From Eledone cirrhosa (lineage: Eukaryota), in assembly GCA_964016885.1 (NCBI GenBank), contig OZ024763.1:15438001-15502000 (forward strand): a stretch of 64,000 bases of DNA. Direction: 5' to 3'. The stretch's first letter is position 1. Every line of letters starts with the position of its first letter. The notes beneath the pieces are model-generated. The model did not search any database. It was given only the letters and a program-made list of their open reading frames with translations, and was not told the DNA's origin. Of the stretch, positions 1 to 11,469 are shown piece by piece. The position numbers and the translations under genes are program-made.

Positions 1-332
1 GCCACGTACTCCCCTGCTTTCGCCGAAAATCATAGAAGCTGGATTCTTATAGAATTCCAGTAATAATCATGAGCTGATTATACAGAGTGATTGCTGGTCC
101 AGCAAAAATTAGGTATTAGGATTGTTGCTCTGAAATAGCGATGTATACATGAATGTATGTATAGTATATTTGGCAATATACCGTATGTTTAATTAAAAAC
201 ATTTAGAAGACTGTACGCTATCAATTTTTGCTGGACCGACAATCACTCTGTATAATCAGCGCCTGATTATTACTGGAATTCTATAAGAATCCACCTTCTA
301 TAATTTTCGGCGGAAGCAGGGGAGTACGTGGC
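1..332. repeat. Fold-back inverted repeat (arms 1-110 and 223-332), Penelope-like pLTR remnant
   Basis: gccacgtactcccctgc...agcaaaaatt is the near-perfect reverse complement of aatttttgct...gcaggggagtacgtggc; a hammerhead motif follows directly. Confidence 0.8.
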
Positions 333-370
333 TCTGATGAATGCCAACCAGTGTGAAATAGACTGTCAGC
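331..370 (+). ncRNA. Minimal hammerhead ribozyme motif
   Basis: GCT-CTGATGA-ATGC[caacca]GTGT-GAAA-TAGACT-GTC-AGC; stem I GCT/AGC, weak GU-rich stem II. Confidence 0.6.
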
Positions 371-429
371 GTCTCTCCCTTCTTTCGCCGAAAAGAAGTA
401 AGTGACATAGTCACTACTTTAAAATTATA

Positions 430-459
<30 letters not shown>

Positions 460-460
<1 letters not shown>

Positions 461-810
461 CATCATCATCACCGTTTTACGTCCATTCTTCCACGTTAGC
501 ATGGGTTAGACGGGTTGTCCTGTTGTGAGCAGTGCCCGGTCGGCTGACCTTGTCTTGCTCAAAAGGGAACTGGCTTGATTTCTACAGCTGGATGCCCTTC
601 TTACCACCAGCCTCATTTACAGTAAGTGATGGGTGCTTTCTTACTGTGGCGCCTACATGACTGCTTTGCAGTGGGAGGGAGTAGGGGCATATTGTCTATA
701 TGCCAGAGGTCATGGTCCATCGCCTTTGAGAGGTGCAATTGGGTAAGGTCGGCTTTTAGCACCTCATCCCAAGTCTTCTTGGACCTCCCCACTCCATGGC
801 TTCCATCGAC
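460..810 (-). mobile_element. 5'-truncated RTE LINE family B-like 3' end (ORF tail + 3' UTR + (ATG)n)
   Basis: Minus strand reads GSHGVGRSKKTWDEVLKADLTQLHLSK, then the aagggcatccagc box and ggacgtaaaacggtgatgatg tail. Confidence 0.75.
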
Positions 811-834
811 TATATATATATATATGTGTGTTTT

Positions 835-1407
835 TTAGCATGGGAGGGGGGTGTACCGAGGCCATAGTATGTAGAATAAGGACGGGTTGGAAGAAGTTTA
901 GGGAGCTGCTTCCTCTGTTGACGAAGAAGGGTTTCTCCCTGCTTACGAAAGGCCGGTTATATGATGCCTGTGTGAGGAGCGCGATGCTGCATGGTAGTGA
1001 GACATGGGCAGCAACTGCAGAGGATATGCGATGGCTGGAGAGAAATGAGGCAAGCATGCTCCGTTGGATTTGCAGTGTAAATGTGCGTGAACGACCCAGC
1101 ATAAATGTGTTGAGAGAGAAACTGTGTCTGAGAGGGATAGAATGTAGTGTACGGGAGAGGAGACTGAGGTGGTATGGACATGTGATGCACATGGCGGATG
1201 ACCGATGGGTGAAGAAGTGCCAGGAAATGCCAGTTGAAGGAAGACGTGGTAGAGGTAGACCACGAGAAACATGGGCGGAGGTGGTGAGAACAGACCTCAG
1301 ATTGCTGAAGCTCACGGTGAAGATGACGAAGGACCGTGACAAGTGAGGAGATGCTGTGCTGAATAAGACCCGTCCCACCCTTGCAAGCAGGGAAGAGCGG
1401 ACATAAA

Positions 1408-1442
<35 letters not shown>
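835..1442 (+). mobile_element. 5'-truncated RTE LINE family A
   Basis: ORF 828-1346 RLRWYGHVM...GRGRPRETW (RTE C-terminus); tail cccacccttgcaagcaggg...(ATG)n. Confidence 0.93.
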
Positions 1443-1535
1443 ATGTATATAAAAGGTAAACAGAAATAACAACACAATCGGTACAGTATATGGAAGGAAT
1501 ATATTAGGTTAACACTTGATATAGCAGGAAGAGGG

Positions 1536-1571
1536 TCTTAACGTTTCGGACGCTAGTCCTTCATCAGAAGA
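1536..1571 (-). ncRNA. Minimal hammerhead ribozyme motif
   Basis: Minus: TCTT-CTGATGA-A-GGAC[tagc]GTCC-GAAA-CG-TT-AAGA; perfect stems I and II, palindromic AACGTT stem III. Confidence 0.8.
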
Positions 1572-1661
1572 AAGAATGAGAAATAAGATGGATTGAGGGG
1601 ACGGGTGGGGTGGAATTGGAAAAAATGTCTTTAGATAAAAATAGCAGGACCATTCATGTTG

Positions 1662-1723
<62 letters not shown>

Positions 1724-1724
<1 letters not shown>

Positions 1725-1940
1725 AAGGCGTGTGGCTGAGTGGTTAGAGAATTGGATTCGCAATCGTAAGGTTGTGAGTTTGATTCCTGGACCAGGTGAT
1801 GCGTTATGTCCTTGAGCAAGACACTTTATTTCACGTTGCTCCTTCTACCTGGAGTTGCGACCGATAGATAGTATTAGCAATTGGAAAGACCAACGGAAAC
1901 ATTGTTCCCTCGGTCCGATTTGACGAAAGTCGATCGTTTC
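1724..1940 (+). mobile_element. tRNA/CORE SINE variant with a distinct ~95-bp 3' module
   Basis: A box TGGCTGAGTGG, B-box-like GAGTTTGATTCC, ccttgagcaagacacttta core; near-identical inverted copy at 13527-13744. Confidence 0.85.
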
Positions 1941-1967
1941 AAAAAAAAAAATATATATATATATATA

Positions 1968-2178
1968 TGGTATGGCCATGTGATGCGCATGGAAGATGAC
2001 TGCTGGATGAAGAAGTGCCAAGAAATCCTGGTGGAAGGAAGATGCAATAGAGGAAGACTACAAAATACATGGGTGGAGATGGTGAGAGCTGACCTCAGAT
2101 CGCTGAAGCTCTCGGAGGAGATGACAGAGATCTGTGATGAATGGAGAGATGCTACTGCTGCTGCTGATGATGATGATA
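1968..2178 (+). mobile_element. Degenerate RTE 3' fragment
   Basis: WYGHVMRMEDDCWMKKCQEILVEGR. Confidence 0.85.
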
Positions 2179-2221
2179 TGTGTGTATATGTGTGGGTATA
2201 TATATATATATATATATATAG

Positions 2222-2296
2222 TTTTCATTCGTGAGATATCATCAGGAAGCCCTGAGGATTTCTCACGAATGAAAAAGTTCTAGTCCTGTAGAAGCT
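2222..2296. ncRNA. Inverted pair of hammerhead-like cores
   Basis: Plus CTGAGGA-TTTC[tcac]GAAT-GAAA-aagttcta-GTC; minus CTGATGA...GAAA at 2223-2245; same family as 22449-22495. Confidence 0.55.
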
Positions 2297-2379
2297 CTTC
2301 TATATTATAACTGTTATACTCTGCTATGTATTGAGTACCTTACTTACTGTGGTTACCTGCGATTCAATCCGGAATAACT

Positions 2380-2411
<32 letters not shown>

Positions 2412-2484
2412 CACTATCCAGAGAACCTTCAACCGTCAAGGTTGTTTTTATACGGGTATGTCAACATTTATAAAACAAATTTTG

Positions 2485-2552
2485 TATTTTATCTGATGAA
2501 AGCGGACCAAAATTTGCCTTGGTTGCCCTTGAAATATATATATAATAAAATA
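2485..2552 (+). ncRNA. Hammerhead ribozyme motif
   Basis: TATTTTAT-CTGATGA-AAGCGGACCAA[..]TTGGTTGCCCTT-GAAA-TATATATATA-ATAAAATA; 8-bp stem I, AUA site. Confidence 0.8.
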
Positions 2553-2578
2553 ATTATGGTTTTATAAATATAGTTTAG

Positions 2579-2962
2579 TGGAGGCACATGGCTTAGTGGT
2601 TAGAGCATTGGCCTTGCAATCGAAAGGTTGTGAGTTCAATTCTCAGACTGGGTGATGTGTTGTTTCCTTGAGCAAGGCACTTTATTTCACATTGCTCCAG
2701 TTTACTCAGCTGTAGAAATGAGATGATAGGGACTGGGGTCCATATCATTCCACTGTAGAGTGGTCGTGGAGGTGCCACGGCAAAAAAGCACCCAGCACTC
2801 ACTGTAAAGTGGACGTGTAGGCGCCACGGAAAAAAAGCACCCAGCACTCACTGTAAATGAGGTTGGTGTTAGGAAGGGCATCCAGCTGTAGAAATCAAGC
2901 CAGAATCAGTTCCCGTCTCACCCTTACAAGCAGGGAAAAAGCGGATGTGAAATGAAATGATG
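2579..2962 (+). mobile_element. tRNA-derived CORE-type SINE (family A) with RTE tail
   Basis: A box TGGCTTAGTGG, B box GAGTTCAATTC; ccttgagcaaggcacttta...cagtttactcagctgtagaaatgagat resembles the MIR CORE; 3' end shared with RTE family A; interrupts the hammerhead-bearing element. Confidence 0.9.
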
Positions 2963-3073
2963 AGTTTCCATTTATTAATATATTGAATATTTACTCCAGT
3001 GTACTGTTGAGTGCTTCATATCAGTTATAAAACTTTTAAGCTTGTTGAATCCCAACAAATTAAATATAACTTT

Positions 3074-3109
<36 letters not shown>

Positions 3110-3131
3110 TATATATAATTATATATATATA

Positions 3132-3352
3132 GCCAGTAAGGTGGTCATACTGGTACTATGAGAAAAAGCAGCCAGTCCAACCTGTAAGATGTTTGGCATG
3201 AAGTGGGGTATCCAAAGAAAATCAAGCCCAAAACAAAAGGTATGAGCAAGATGTGGTCACCTGACCTGTCTGTCTAGCAACATAATATGACAGCACGTCT
3301 CATCCATGTGAACATGGAAAATAGACATTCAACAGGAATGATGATGATGATG
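3132..3352 (+). mobile_element. Degenerate RTE family B-like 3' UTR/tail
   Basis: catccatgtgaacatggaaaatagacatt...gatgatgatg. Confidence 0.55.
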
Positions 3353-3523
3353 TTCAGGCTATATATATATATGTGTGTGTGTCTATATATGTGTGTGTGC
3401 ATATATATATGTATATAAGTATGTATGTATATATGTTTATTATACAAACAGATTAAAGTTTAAGCAAAGAATCGCTGCTTTCACCCTTAACATTTAAAAA
3501 TCAGTTTCAGAAGATTCCATTAA

Positions 3524-4220
3524 CCTTTAAGATTTACATTACTCTATATATACTATTATATTTTCATGGTAAAGGCTTTACCTCACATAATTATCTCACA
3601 TAACATTTACATTACTCTATATATACTATTATATTTTCATGGTAAAGGCTTTACCTCACATAATTATCTCACATAACATTTACATTACTCTATATATACT
3701 ATTATATTTTCATGGTAAAGGCTTTACCTCACATAATATCTCACATAGCATTTACATTACTCTATATTTACTATTGTATTTTCATGGTAAAGGCTTTACC
3801 TCACATAATTATCTCACATAACATTTACATTACTCTATATATACTATTATATTTTCATGGTAAAGGCTTTACCTCACATAATATCTCACATAGCATTTAC
3901 ATTACTCTATATTTACTATTGTATTTTCATGGTAAAGGCTTTACCTCACATAATATCTCACATAACATTTACATTACTCTATATATACTATTATATTTTC
4001 ATGGTAAAGGCTTTACCTCACATAATATCTCACATAACATTTACATTACTCTATATATACTATTGTATTTTCATGGTAAATCGAATCTATGAGATTTTGA
4101 TATTATTTATTTTGAGAACAATATCTTAAAGTCTGTCATGACTGGGCTGGTCATGGCCAGTTTAAACAGAAAGAGGTGAGAGAATTCTGGCCGGATATGG
4201 CCGGTTGAAATGCTAAAGGT
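3524..4220 (+). mobile_element. piggyBac-like MITE with internal 72/73-bp tandem array (~7.5 units)
   Basis: TTAA at 3520-3523 and 4221-4224; homologous to single-unit copies at 8129-8338 and 40315-40532; unit catttacattactctatatatactattatattttcatggtaaaggctttacctcacataattatctcacataa. Confidence 0.85.
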
Positions 4221-4306
4221 TTAAGGGTGAAAGCAGCAATTCTTTGCTTAAACTTTAATCTGTTCTTATAATAATAATAGTAATCATCATCATCATCATC
4301 ATCATT

Positions 4307-5662
4307 TTACGTCCGCTTTTCCCTGCTTGCAAGGGTGGGACGGGTCTTATTCAGCACAGCATCTCTCCACTCGTCACGGTCCCTCGTCATCTCCACCGTG
4401 AGCTTCAATGATCTGAGGTCTGTTCTCACCACCTCCGCCCATGTTTTTCGTGGTCTACCTCTACCACGTCTTCCTTCAACTGGCATTTCCTGGCACTTCT
4501 TCACCCATCGGTCATCCTCCATGCGCATCACATGTCCATGCCACCTCAGTCTCCTCTCCCGTACACTACATTCTATCCCTCTCAGACATAGTTTCTCTCT
4601 CAACACATTTATGCTGGGTCATTCACGCACATTTACACTGCACATCCAACGGAGCATGCTTGCCTCATTTCTCTCCAGCCGTCGCATATCCTCTGCGGTT
4701 GCTGCCCATGTCTCACTACCATGCAGCATCGCGCTCCTCACACAGGCATCATACAACCGGCCTTTCGTACGCAGGGAGAAACCCTTCTTCGTCAACAGAG
4801 GAAGCAGCTCCCTAAACTTCTTCCAACCCGTCCTTATTCTAGATACTATGGCCTCAGAACACCCTCCTCCCATGCTAATCTGATCTCCTAGGTACCGGAA
4901 GCTATCCACCACTTCTATAGCGCCCTCTCGCATTTGAAAAATGTGTCTATCAGTGCGACTTCTACTGTCTAATTTCCCTGTACATCTACTGCATACATAT
5001 TTCTCCCTACCTGTTAGTTTGCCTGCTATCCCGCTACATCTCTTGTGTACCCAGGACCTGCATTGTGTGCATTTTATAGAATTTATGCCAGTTCCTTTTC
5101 TGCATATCGAACATGGCCATTTCCCTGACGGAATCAGGGTTTTGTCCTCTTTTCTACTCATCAACACTTTTGTCTTAGCTAGATTTACTCTCAGTCCTCT
5201 TGCTTCCAACTGCTGTTTCCATAGCCGGAATTTATTCTCTAGCTCCTCTACTGATTCTGCCATAAGAGCCAGATCGTCAGCATAGAGAAGTTCCCATGGA
5301 CAGCCAGTCTTAAACTCCTCTGTTATGGCTTGGAGGACTATAATGAACAAGAGCGGGCTGAGGACCGAACCCTGATGTACTCCTACTTGTATCTGGAATT
5401 CCTCACTAAACTCCATTCCTACCCTGACTTTACTGAGAGTACCTCTGTACAAAGTTTGCACTGTCCTCACAAGCCATTCCTCAACACCCAGCTTCCTTAG
5501 GGACCACCAGATGACAGATCGGGGTACCCTATCAAAGGCCCTCTCTAGGTCAACAAAGGCTAAGTATAGTGGCTTATTCTTCTCTAAGAACCTCTCTTGT
5601 ATTTGTCTCACCAAGAAGAGGGCATCTGTTGTACTCTTCCCAGGCACAAAACTAAACTGCAT
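4307..5662 (-). pseudogene. RTE ORF C-terminal part: reverse transcriptase + Cys-rich domain
   Basis: FVDLERAFDRV, GVHQGSVLSP, LLYADD, CSIC..CTQC..H..C; in-frame CGA>TGA stop at 4619-4621 (CGA in sister copies). Confidence 0.95.
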
Positions 5663-5684
5663 CTCATCTAATTTGACCTTTTCT

Positions 5685-7358
5685 CTACATTCTTTCTGCC
5701 ACTTTCATAACCTGATCTATCAGTTTTATACCCCTATAATTGCTCCTCTCCAGAGCATCCCCTTTACCTTTGTAGCAATTTATAAGAATAGTGCTGCCCC
5801 AGTCTTTGGGTATGACTCCACCATATATAGCTTGATTGACTATGCGTGCAACCAGTTTAGTTCCTACTTCTGGTGCCTTCAGCATCTCAGCAACTATCCC
5901 TGATGGTCCAGCAGCCTTACCACTTTTCATTTCCTTAATTACCTCTTGGACCCTATATTCGTCAATCTCAATAGCTGGTCCCTCTGTCGGATCTACCAAG
6001 GGTAATTTCTCTCTCTCCCATTCGTTCTCCACATTCATCAGTCTCTCATAATGACATTTCCAGGCCTCCTTTTTCTGGTCATTCGTGACACTAAGTACAC
6101 CGGCATCATCCCGGACACATTTATCACCAACAATATCCTGATTTGCATTGACACACTGCCTTGCAATGTGGAACACCGCACGCCTCTGATCTTCCCGTCG
6201 CAGAACATTGGCAAACCTCCTACTCTCTGCCTCCCTGCGTGCTAAGTACACCTGACGTCTAGCTTCTCTCTTAGTGGCTGTATATTCTTCCCTACTCCCA
6301 CCCTTTTTCCAAGCCTTCCATGCTAGTCTTTTGTCTCTAATAGCCTTATCTACTGTGCTGTTCCACCACCAGGTCACTCTCTGTTTGGTTGGAGCTCTGC
6401 TCCAGCCACAGGTTTCATCAGTAGCCTTCAGCAAGTTGTCACGTAAGAACTTCCAGTTATTATCTATGTCATACGTCTCTAAATCGTCTTCTTTTTCGTC
6501 ATATACATCTTGAAGGGCTTTCCTAAATTTGAATTTTAGTGAAAGGTCTTTTAGCTTCCAGACCTTTCTTCTCCACACCTTCCTATATGTCTCATTCCGT
6601 CTCTTGCTTACTGAGATATCACTAACAACTAACCTATGCTGTGGGGTACATTCTTCCCCAGGGTATGCCTTGGTATTAGACACTATCTGCCTGTCCCACT
6701 GCCTAACTAGCAGGAAGTCAATCTGGCTTATGTGCTCACCAGATTTGTAGGTTATTAGGTGATTGGCAGGTTTCTGGAAGTTTGTGTTGCAAATAGTCAA
6801 TGTACTTGCATCACAAAATTCAAGAAGTCTCACTCCTTCTTCATTTCTTGAACCGTAACCGTGCCCACCATGTACCCCAGTGTAACCATCCTGGAGCTGT
6901 CCAACATGACCATTGAAGTCTCCTGCTAGCATAACGATGTCTCCGTCCTCTGTCATTGTGGTTGTTTGCAAAAGTTGCTCATAAAAGCAGTCTTTCTCAT
7001 CTTTGCCTAGGCCTGCTTGGGGAGCATAGACCGAGATGATTGTCAGTAGTCTCCTACCTACAACTAATCTAAGCTTAATTATTCGATTACTAACTCGAAC
7101 TACCTCTATTGTCTTATTGATCCATTTCTCAGCCAGGAAAATGCCTACTCCCCCTAACCCATCATCCTTACCTACCCAGAATAGCTTATAGCTAAGACGC
7201 TTGCCTACGACTAGTCTCGCAGAGGCACCTCTCCATCTCACCTCTTGCACGCAGCACACATCCACCTGCCTTCTCTCCAGCATCTCCGCTATTTCAGCAG
7301 ATCTACCTCTGAGAGTGCCAACATTAAGTGTTGCAACTCTGAGATGCGACGTCTTCAT
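5685..7358 (-). pseudogene. RTE ORF N-terminal part: apurinic-like endonuclease + linker + start of RT
   Basis: VATLNVGTL, CCVQEVRW, ISVYAPQ, AGDFNGHVG, SQIDFLL, PQHRLVV; KAAGPSGI, NYRGIKL; ends at a frameshift. Confidence 0.95.
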
Positions 7359-7824
7359 ATTTTTCTATGCTGTTTTGTTGCTGTGCTGATAAGCTTTTTG
7401 GCATTGATACACTGGTTGGATGCCCTTCCTAACACCAGCGCCACTTTACAGCATGGACTGGGTGCTTTTATTTGTGCCACCAGCACTAGAGAGGATGTCT
7501 TACTAGACTCAAGGGCCCTCTCTACCCCTCCATTTTACAGCATGGTCATTAAAAAAAAAAAAAAAAAAAAAAAATTATTGACACGACTCACACACCAACA
7601 CTCATGCATACAAACCACAACCACACATACCAACACTCATTCATGCATACAATCACGCACACCACTCACAAACATATATATATATACATATATTACCGAC
7701 AGTACTGATACAAAGTCAAAATCAAAATTAAAATCGTCAAAATCACTATCATGTCAACTGTTGACCTTTCCCAGTCCAGTTCGGCTTGTATATAATAACA
7801 ATAACAATAATAATTGTTTGCTTT

Positions 7825-8024
7825 AATAATAATAATAATTGTTTCTACTTTTGGCACAAGGCCAGCAATTACCTAGTCCATTACTGGTACTTTATTTTAT
7901 CGACCCCGTAAGGATGAAAGGCAAAGTTAACCCCGGTGGGATTTGAACTCAGACCGTAAAGGGAGGTAACTATGCTGGAAAGCATGGCGTCCGACCCTCT
8001 ACTGATACTGCCAATTCACCGCCC
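7825..8024 (-). mobile_element. tRNA-derived SINE family B
   Basis: Minus: TGGCAGTATCAGT A box, GAGTTCAAATCC B box, gcctttcatccttacggggtcgataaaataaagtaccag body, (ATT)n tail. Confidence 0.88.
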
Positions 8025-8058
<34 letters not shown>

Positions 8059-8091
8059 TATATGTATGACTGTATGTGTGTGTGTGTGTAT

Positions 8092-10342
8092 ACTGGTGGT
8101 GGAAGAGCATGGTAGATAGAGCCATTAACCCATTAGCATTTACATTATTTTATATATACTATTATATTTTCATGGTAAATGCTTTACCTCACATAATTAT
8201 CTCACATAATATCGAATCTATGAGATTTTGAAAGTATTTATTTTGAGACCAATACCTTAACATCAGTTTGAGTGACCAATTACAGCCAGTTTCAACAGAA
8301 AAAGGTAGAGAATTCTGACCGGTTTGAACACTAAAGGGTTAAAGACAAAAGACAAGCATAGAAGGCTTGGATAAATGGTGGGAATAGAGACCAATACTCA
8401 GCCGCTAAAAGAGGGGCTAGAATTCAGGTATACTTAACACACAGGGAAGCTGAAAGTAGGAGGTTTGCTAATGTTCTGCAATGAGAAGATCAGAGACGGG
8501 CGGTGTTTCGCATTGCAAGGCAGTGTGTCAGTGTAAATCAGGATGTTGTTGGAGATAAGTGTGTCCGAAATGATGCGGGTGCATTTAGTATTACTGATGA
8601 TCAGAAAAAGGAGGCCTGGAAATGTCATTATGAGAGACTGATGAATGGGAGAGAGAGAAACTACCCCCAGTGGACCCAACAGAAGGACCAGCTATTGAGA
8701 TTGACAACTATAGGGTCAAAGAGGTAATTAAGGAAATGAAAAGTGGTAAGGCTGCTGGACCATCAGGGATAGTTGCTGAGATGCTGAAGGCACCAGAAGT
8801 AGGAACTAAACTGGTTGCACGCATAGTCAATCAAGCTATATATGGTGGAGTCATACCCAAAGACTGGGGCAGCACTATTCTTATAAATTGCTACAAAGGT
8901 AAAGGGGATGCTCTGGAGAGGAGCAATTATAGGGGTATAAAACTGATAGATCAGGTTATGAAAGTGGCAGAAAGAATGTAGAGAAAAGGTCAAATTAGAT
9001 GAGATGCAGTTTAGTTTTGGGCCTGGGAAAAGTACAACAGATGTCCTCTTCTTAGTGAGACAACTACAAGAGAGGTTCTTAGAGAAGAATAAGCCACTAT
9101 ACTTAGCTTTTGTTGACCTAGAGAAGGCCTTTGATAGGGTACCCCAATCTGTCATCTGGTGGTCCCTAAGGAAACTAGGTGTTGAGGAATGGCTTGTGAG
9201 AACAGTGCAAGCTAAGTACAGAGGTGCTGTCAGTAAAGTGAGAGTAGGAATGGAGTTTAGTGAGGAATTCCAAATACAAGTAGGAGTACATCAGGGTTCG
9301 GTCCTCAGCCCGCTCTTGTTCATTATAGTCCTCCAAGCCATAACAGAGGAGTTTAAGACTGGCTGCCCATGGGAACTTCTCTATGCTGATGATCTGGTTC
9401 TTATAGCAGAATCAGTAGAGGAGCTAGAGAATAAATTCTGGCTATAGAAACAGCAGTTGGAAGCAAGAGGACTGATTGTGAACCTAGCTAAGACAAAAGT
9501 GTTGATGAGTAGAAAAGAGGACAAAACTCTGATTCCATCAGGGAAATGGCAATGTTCGATATGTAGAAAAGGAGTTGGCATAAATTCTATAAAATGTAAA
9601 CAAGAAGTGTAGTGGTATAGCAGGCAAATTAACAGGTAGGGAAAACTACATATGCTGGAGATGTTCAGGGAAATTTGATAGTAGAAGAGGCAGTGATAAA
9701 CACATTTTTCAAATGCAGGTAGGAGCTATAGAAGCTATATGGTTGATAGCTTCCGATACCTAGGTGATCAGATTAGCAAGGGAGGAGGGTGCTTCGAGTA
9801 TCTAGAGTAAGGACGGGTTGGAGGAAGTTTAGGGAGCTGCTTCCTCTGTTGACAATGAAGGGTTTCTCCCTATGAATGAAAGGTCGGTTATATGATGCCT
9901 GTGTGAGATGCATGATGCTGCATGGTAGTGAAACATGAGCAACAACTGCATGGCATATGCGAAGGCTGAAGAGAAATGAAGCAAGCATGCTACGATGGAT
10001 GTGCGATGTCAATGTGCGTGATGACCAAGTATAGATGAGTTGAGAGAGAAACTGTGTATAAGAGGGATAAACTGTAGTGTGCGGGAGAGACGACTATGTT
10101 GGTATGGACATGTGATGTGCATGGAGGATGACCGCTGAGTAAAGAAGTGCCAAGAAATGTCAGTGGAAGGAAGCCGCAGTCGAGGAAGACCATGAAAAAC
10201 ATGGGTGGAAGTGGTGAGAGCTGACCTCATATCACTGAAGCTCACAGAGGAGATGACAAAGGACTGAAGAATGGAGAGATACTGTGTGGAAAAGGACCCG
10301 TCCCGACCCGACCCACCCTTGCAAGCAAGGAAACGCGGACGT
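8092..10342 (+). mobile_element. Older 5'-truncated RTE family A copy with many stops
   Basis: ORF pieces 8503-8727, 8670-8981, 9004-9447 (FVDLEKAFD, LLYADD); tail at 10315-10342. Confidence 0.95.
8129..8338 (+). mobile_element. piggyBac-like MITE inserted in LINE
   Basis: TTAA|CCCATTAGCATT...ACACTAAAGGG|TTAA; removal restores LINE sequence gccattaaagacaaaag. Confidence 0.9.
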
Positions 10343-10371
10343 AAAATGATGATGAGGATGATATATATTTA

Positions 10372-10723
10372 TAATAATTGTTTCTACTTTTGGCACAAGG
10401 CCAGCAATTATCCCACTGTATTACTGGTACTTTTGGAATCAAAGGTCCAACGAACTATTGATTCCAGAGTCGGGCTAGATTGATACAGATCGATACCTTG
10501 AGCTGACCAATAGCGAAATGCGTGTCACTACTCAATAAACATAATGAACGGTAGAGGGTCGGACGCCATGCTTTGACGCATAGAGTTACGGCCCTTGCCA
10601 TTCCGAGTTCAAATCCCGCCGAGATTAACTTTGCCTTTCATCCTTACGGGGTCGATAAAATAAAGTACCAATAATGTACTGGGATAATTGCTGGCCTTGT
10701 GCCAAAAGTAGAAACAATTATTA
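10372..10723. mobile_element. SINE family B: inverted 3' fragment (10372-10433, -) and copy (10549-10723, +)
   Basis: Same body and tail as 7825-8024. Confidence 0.85.
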
Positions 10724-10838
10724 TATTACACTCTGTCTAGCTCTACACCTCGATACTGACGTGAACCTAAACATTGAGTGCTTCACCCAGGTGAACCTAC
10801 AGTAACTTCGCGTTACACTCCCTGGATATATATATATA

Positions 10839-11177
10839 TGGAGGCACATGGCTTAGTGGTTAGAGCATTGGCCTTGCAATCGAAAGGTTGTGAGTTCAAT
10901 TCTCAGACTGGGTGATGTGTTGTTTCCTTGAGCAAGACACTTTATTTCACATTGCTCCAGTTTACTCAGCTGTAGAAATGAGATGATAGGGACTGGGGTC
11001 CCTCTCATTCCACTGCAAAGAGGTCGTGGAGGTGCCACGGCAAAAAAAGCACCCAGCACTCACTGTAAATGAGGTTGGTGTTAGGAAGGGCATCCAGCTG
11101 TAGATATCAAGCCAGCATCAGTTCCCGTCCCACCCTTGCAAGCAGGGAAAAGTGGACGTAAAATGAAATGATGATGA
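10839..11177 (+). mobile_element. CORE SINE family A
   Basis: Near-identical to 2579-2962, one 49-bp unit. Confidence 0.92.
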
Positions 11178-11187
11178 TATATATATA

Positions 11188-11218
<31 letters not shown>

Positions 11219-11407
11219 GAAGGAGGTGTGGTAAGGAACCAGATGGACCATAACGCACCAGAGTACTCAATACTTAGGGTAGTAGAGTGGGTAATAGGAA
11301 AATGTTTGACCTCCGATGGCAGAGCTGAAGCTGTTTCGACGGCTATTTCTGCACTGAAATAGCGGTCGAAAAGGCTTGAGCTCTGCCGTTGGGGTCAAAC
11401 ATTTTCC

Positions 11408-11469
<62 letters not shown>

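Larger units (their letters stand above)
4283..7550 (-). mobile_element. Near full-length RTE-clade LINE (family A)
   Basis: 5' UTR, single APE+RT reading frame broken twice, (ATG)n tail at 4283-4305. Confidence 0.96.

Noticed and set aside
764-1477. Antisense ORFs over LINEs (also 4335-4883, 49924-50586, 33890-34585)
   Set aside because: Shadow frames of RTE coding sequence
2579-2655. tRNA gene
   Set aside because: A/B boxes belong to SINE heads; no full cloverleaf or poly-T terminator
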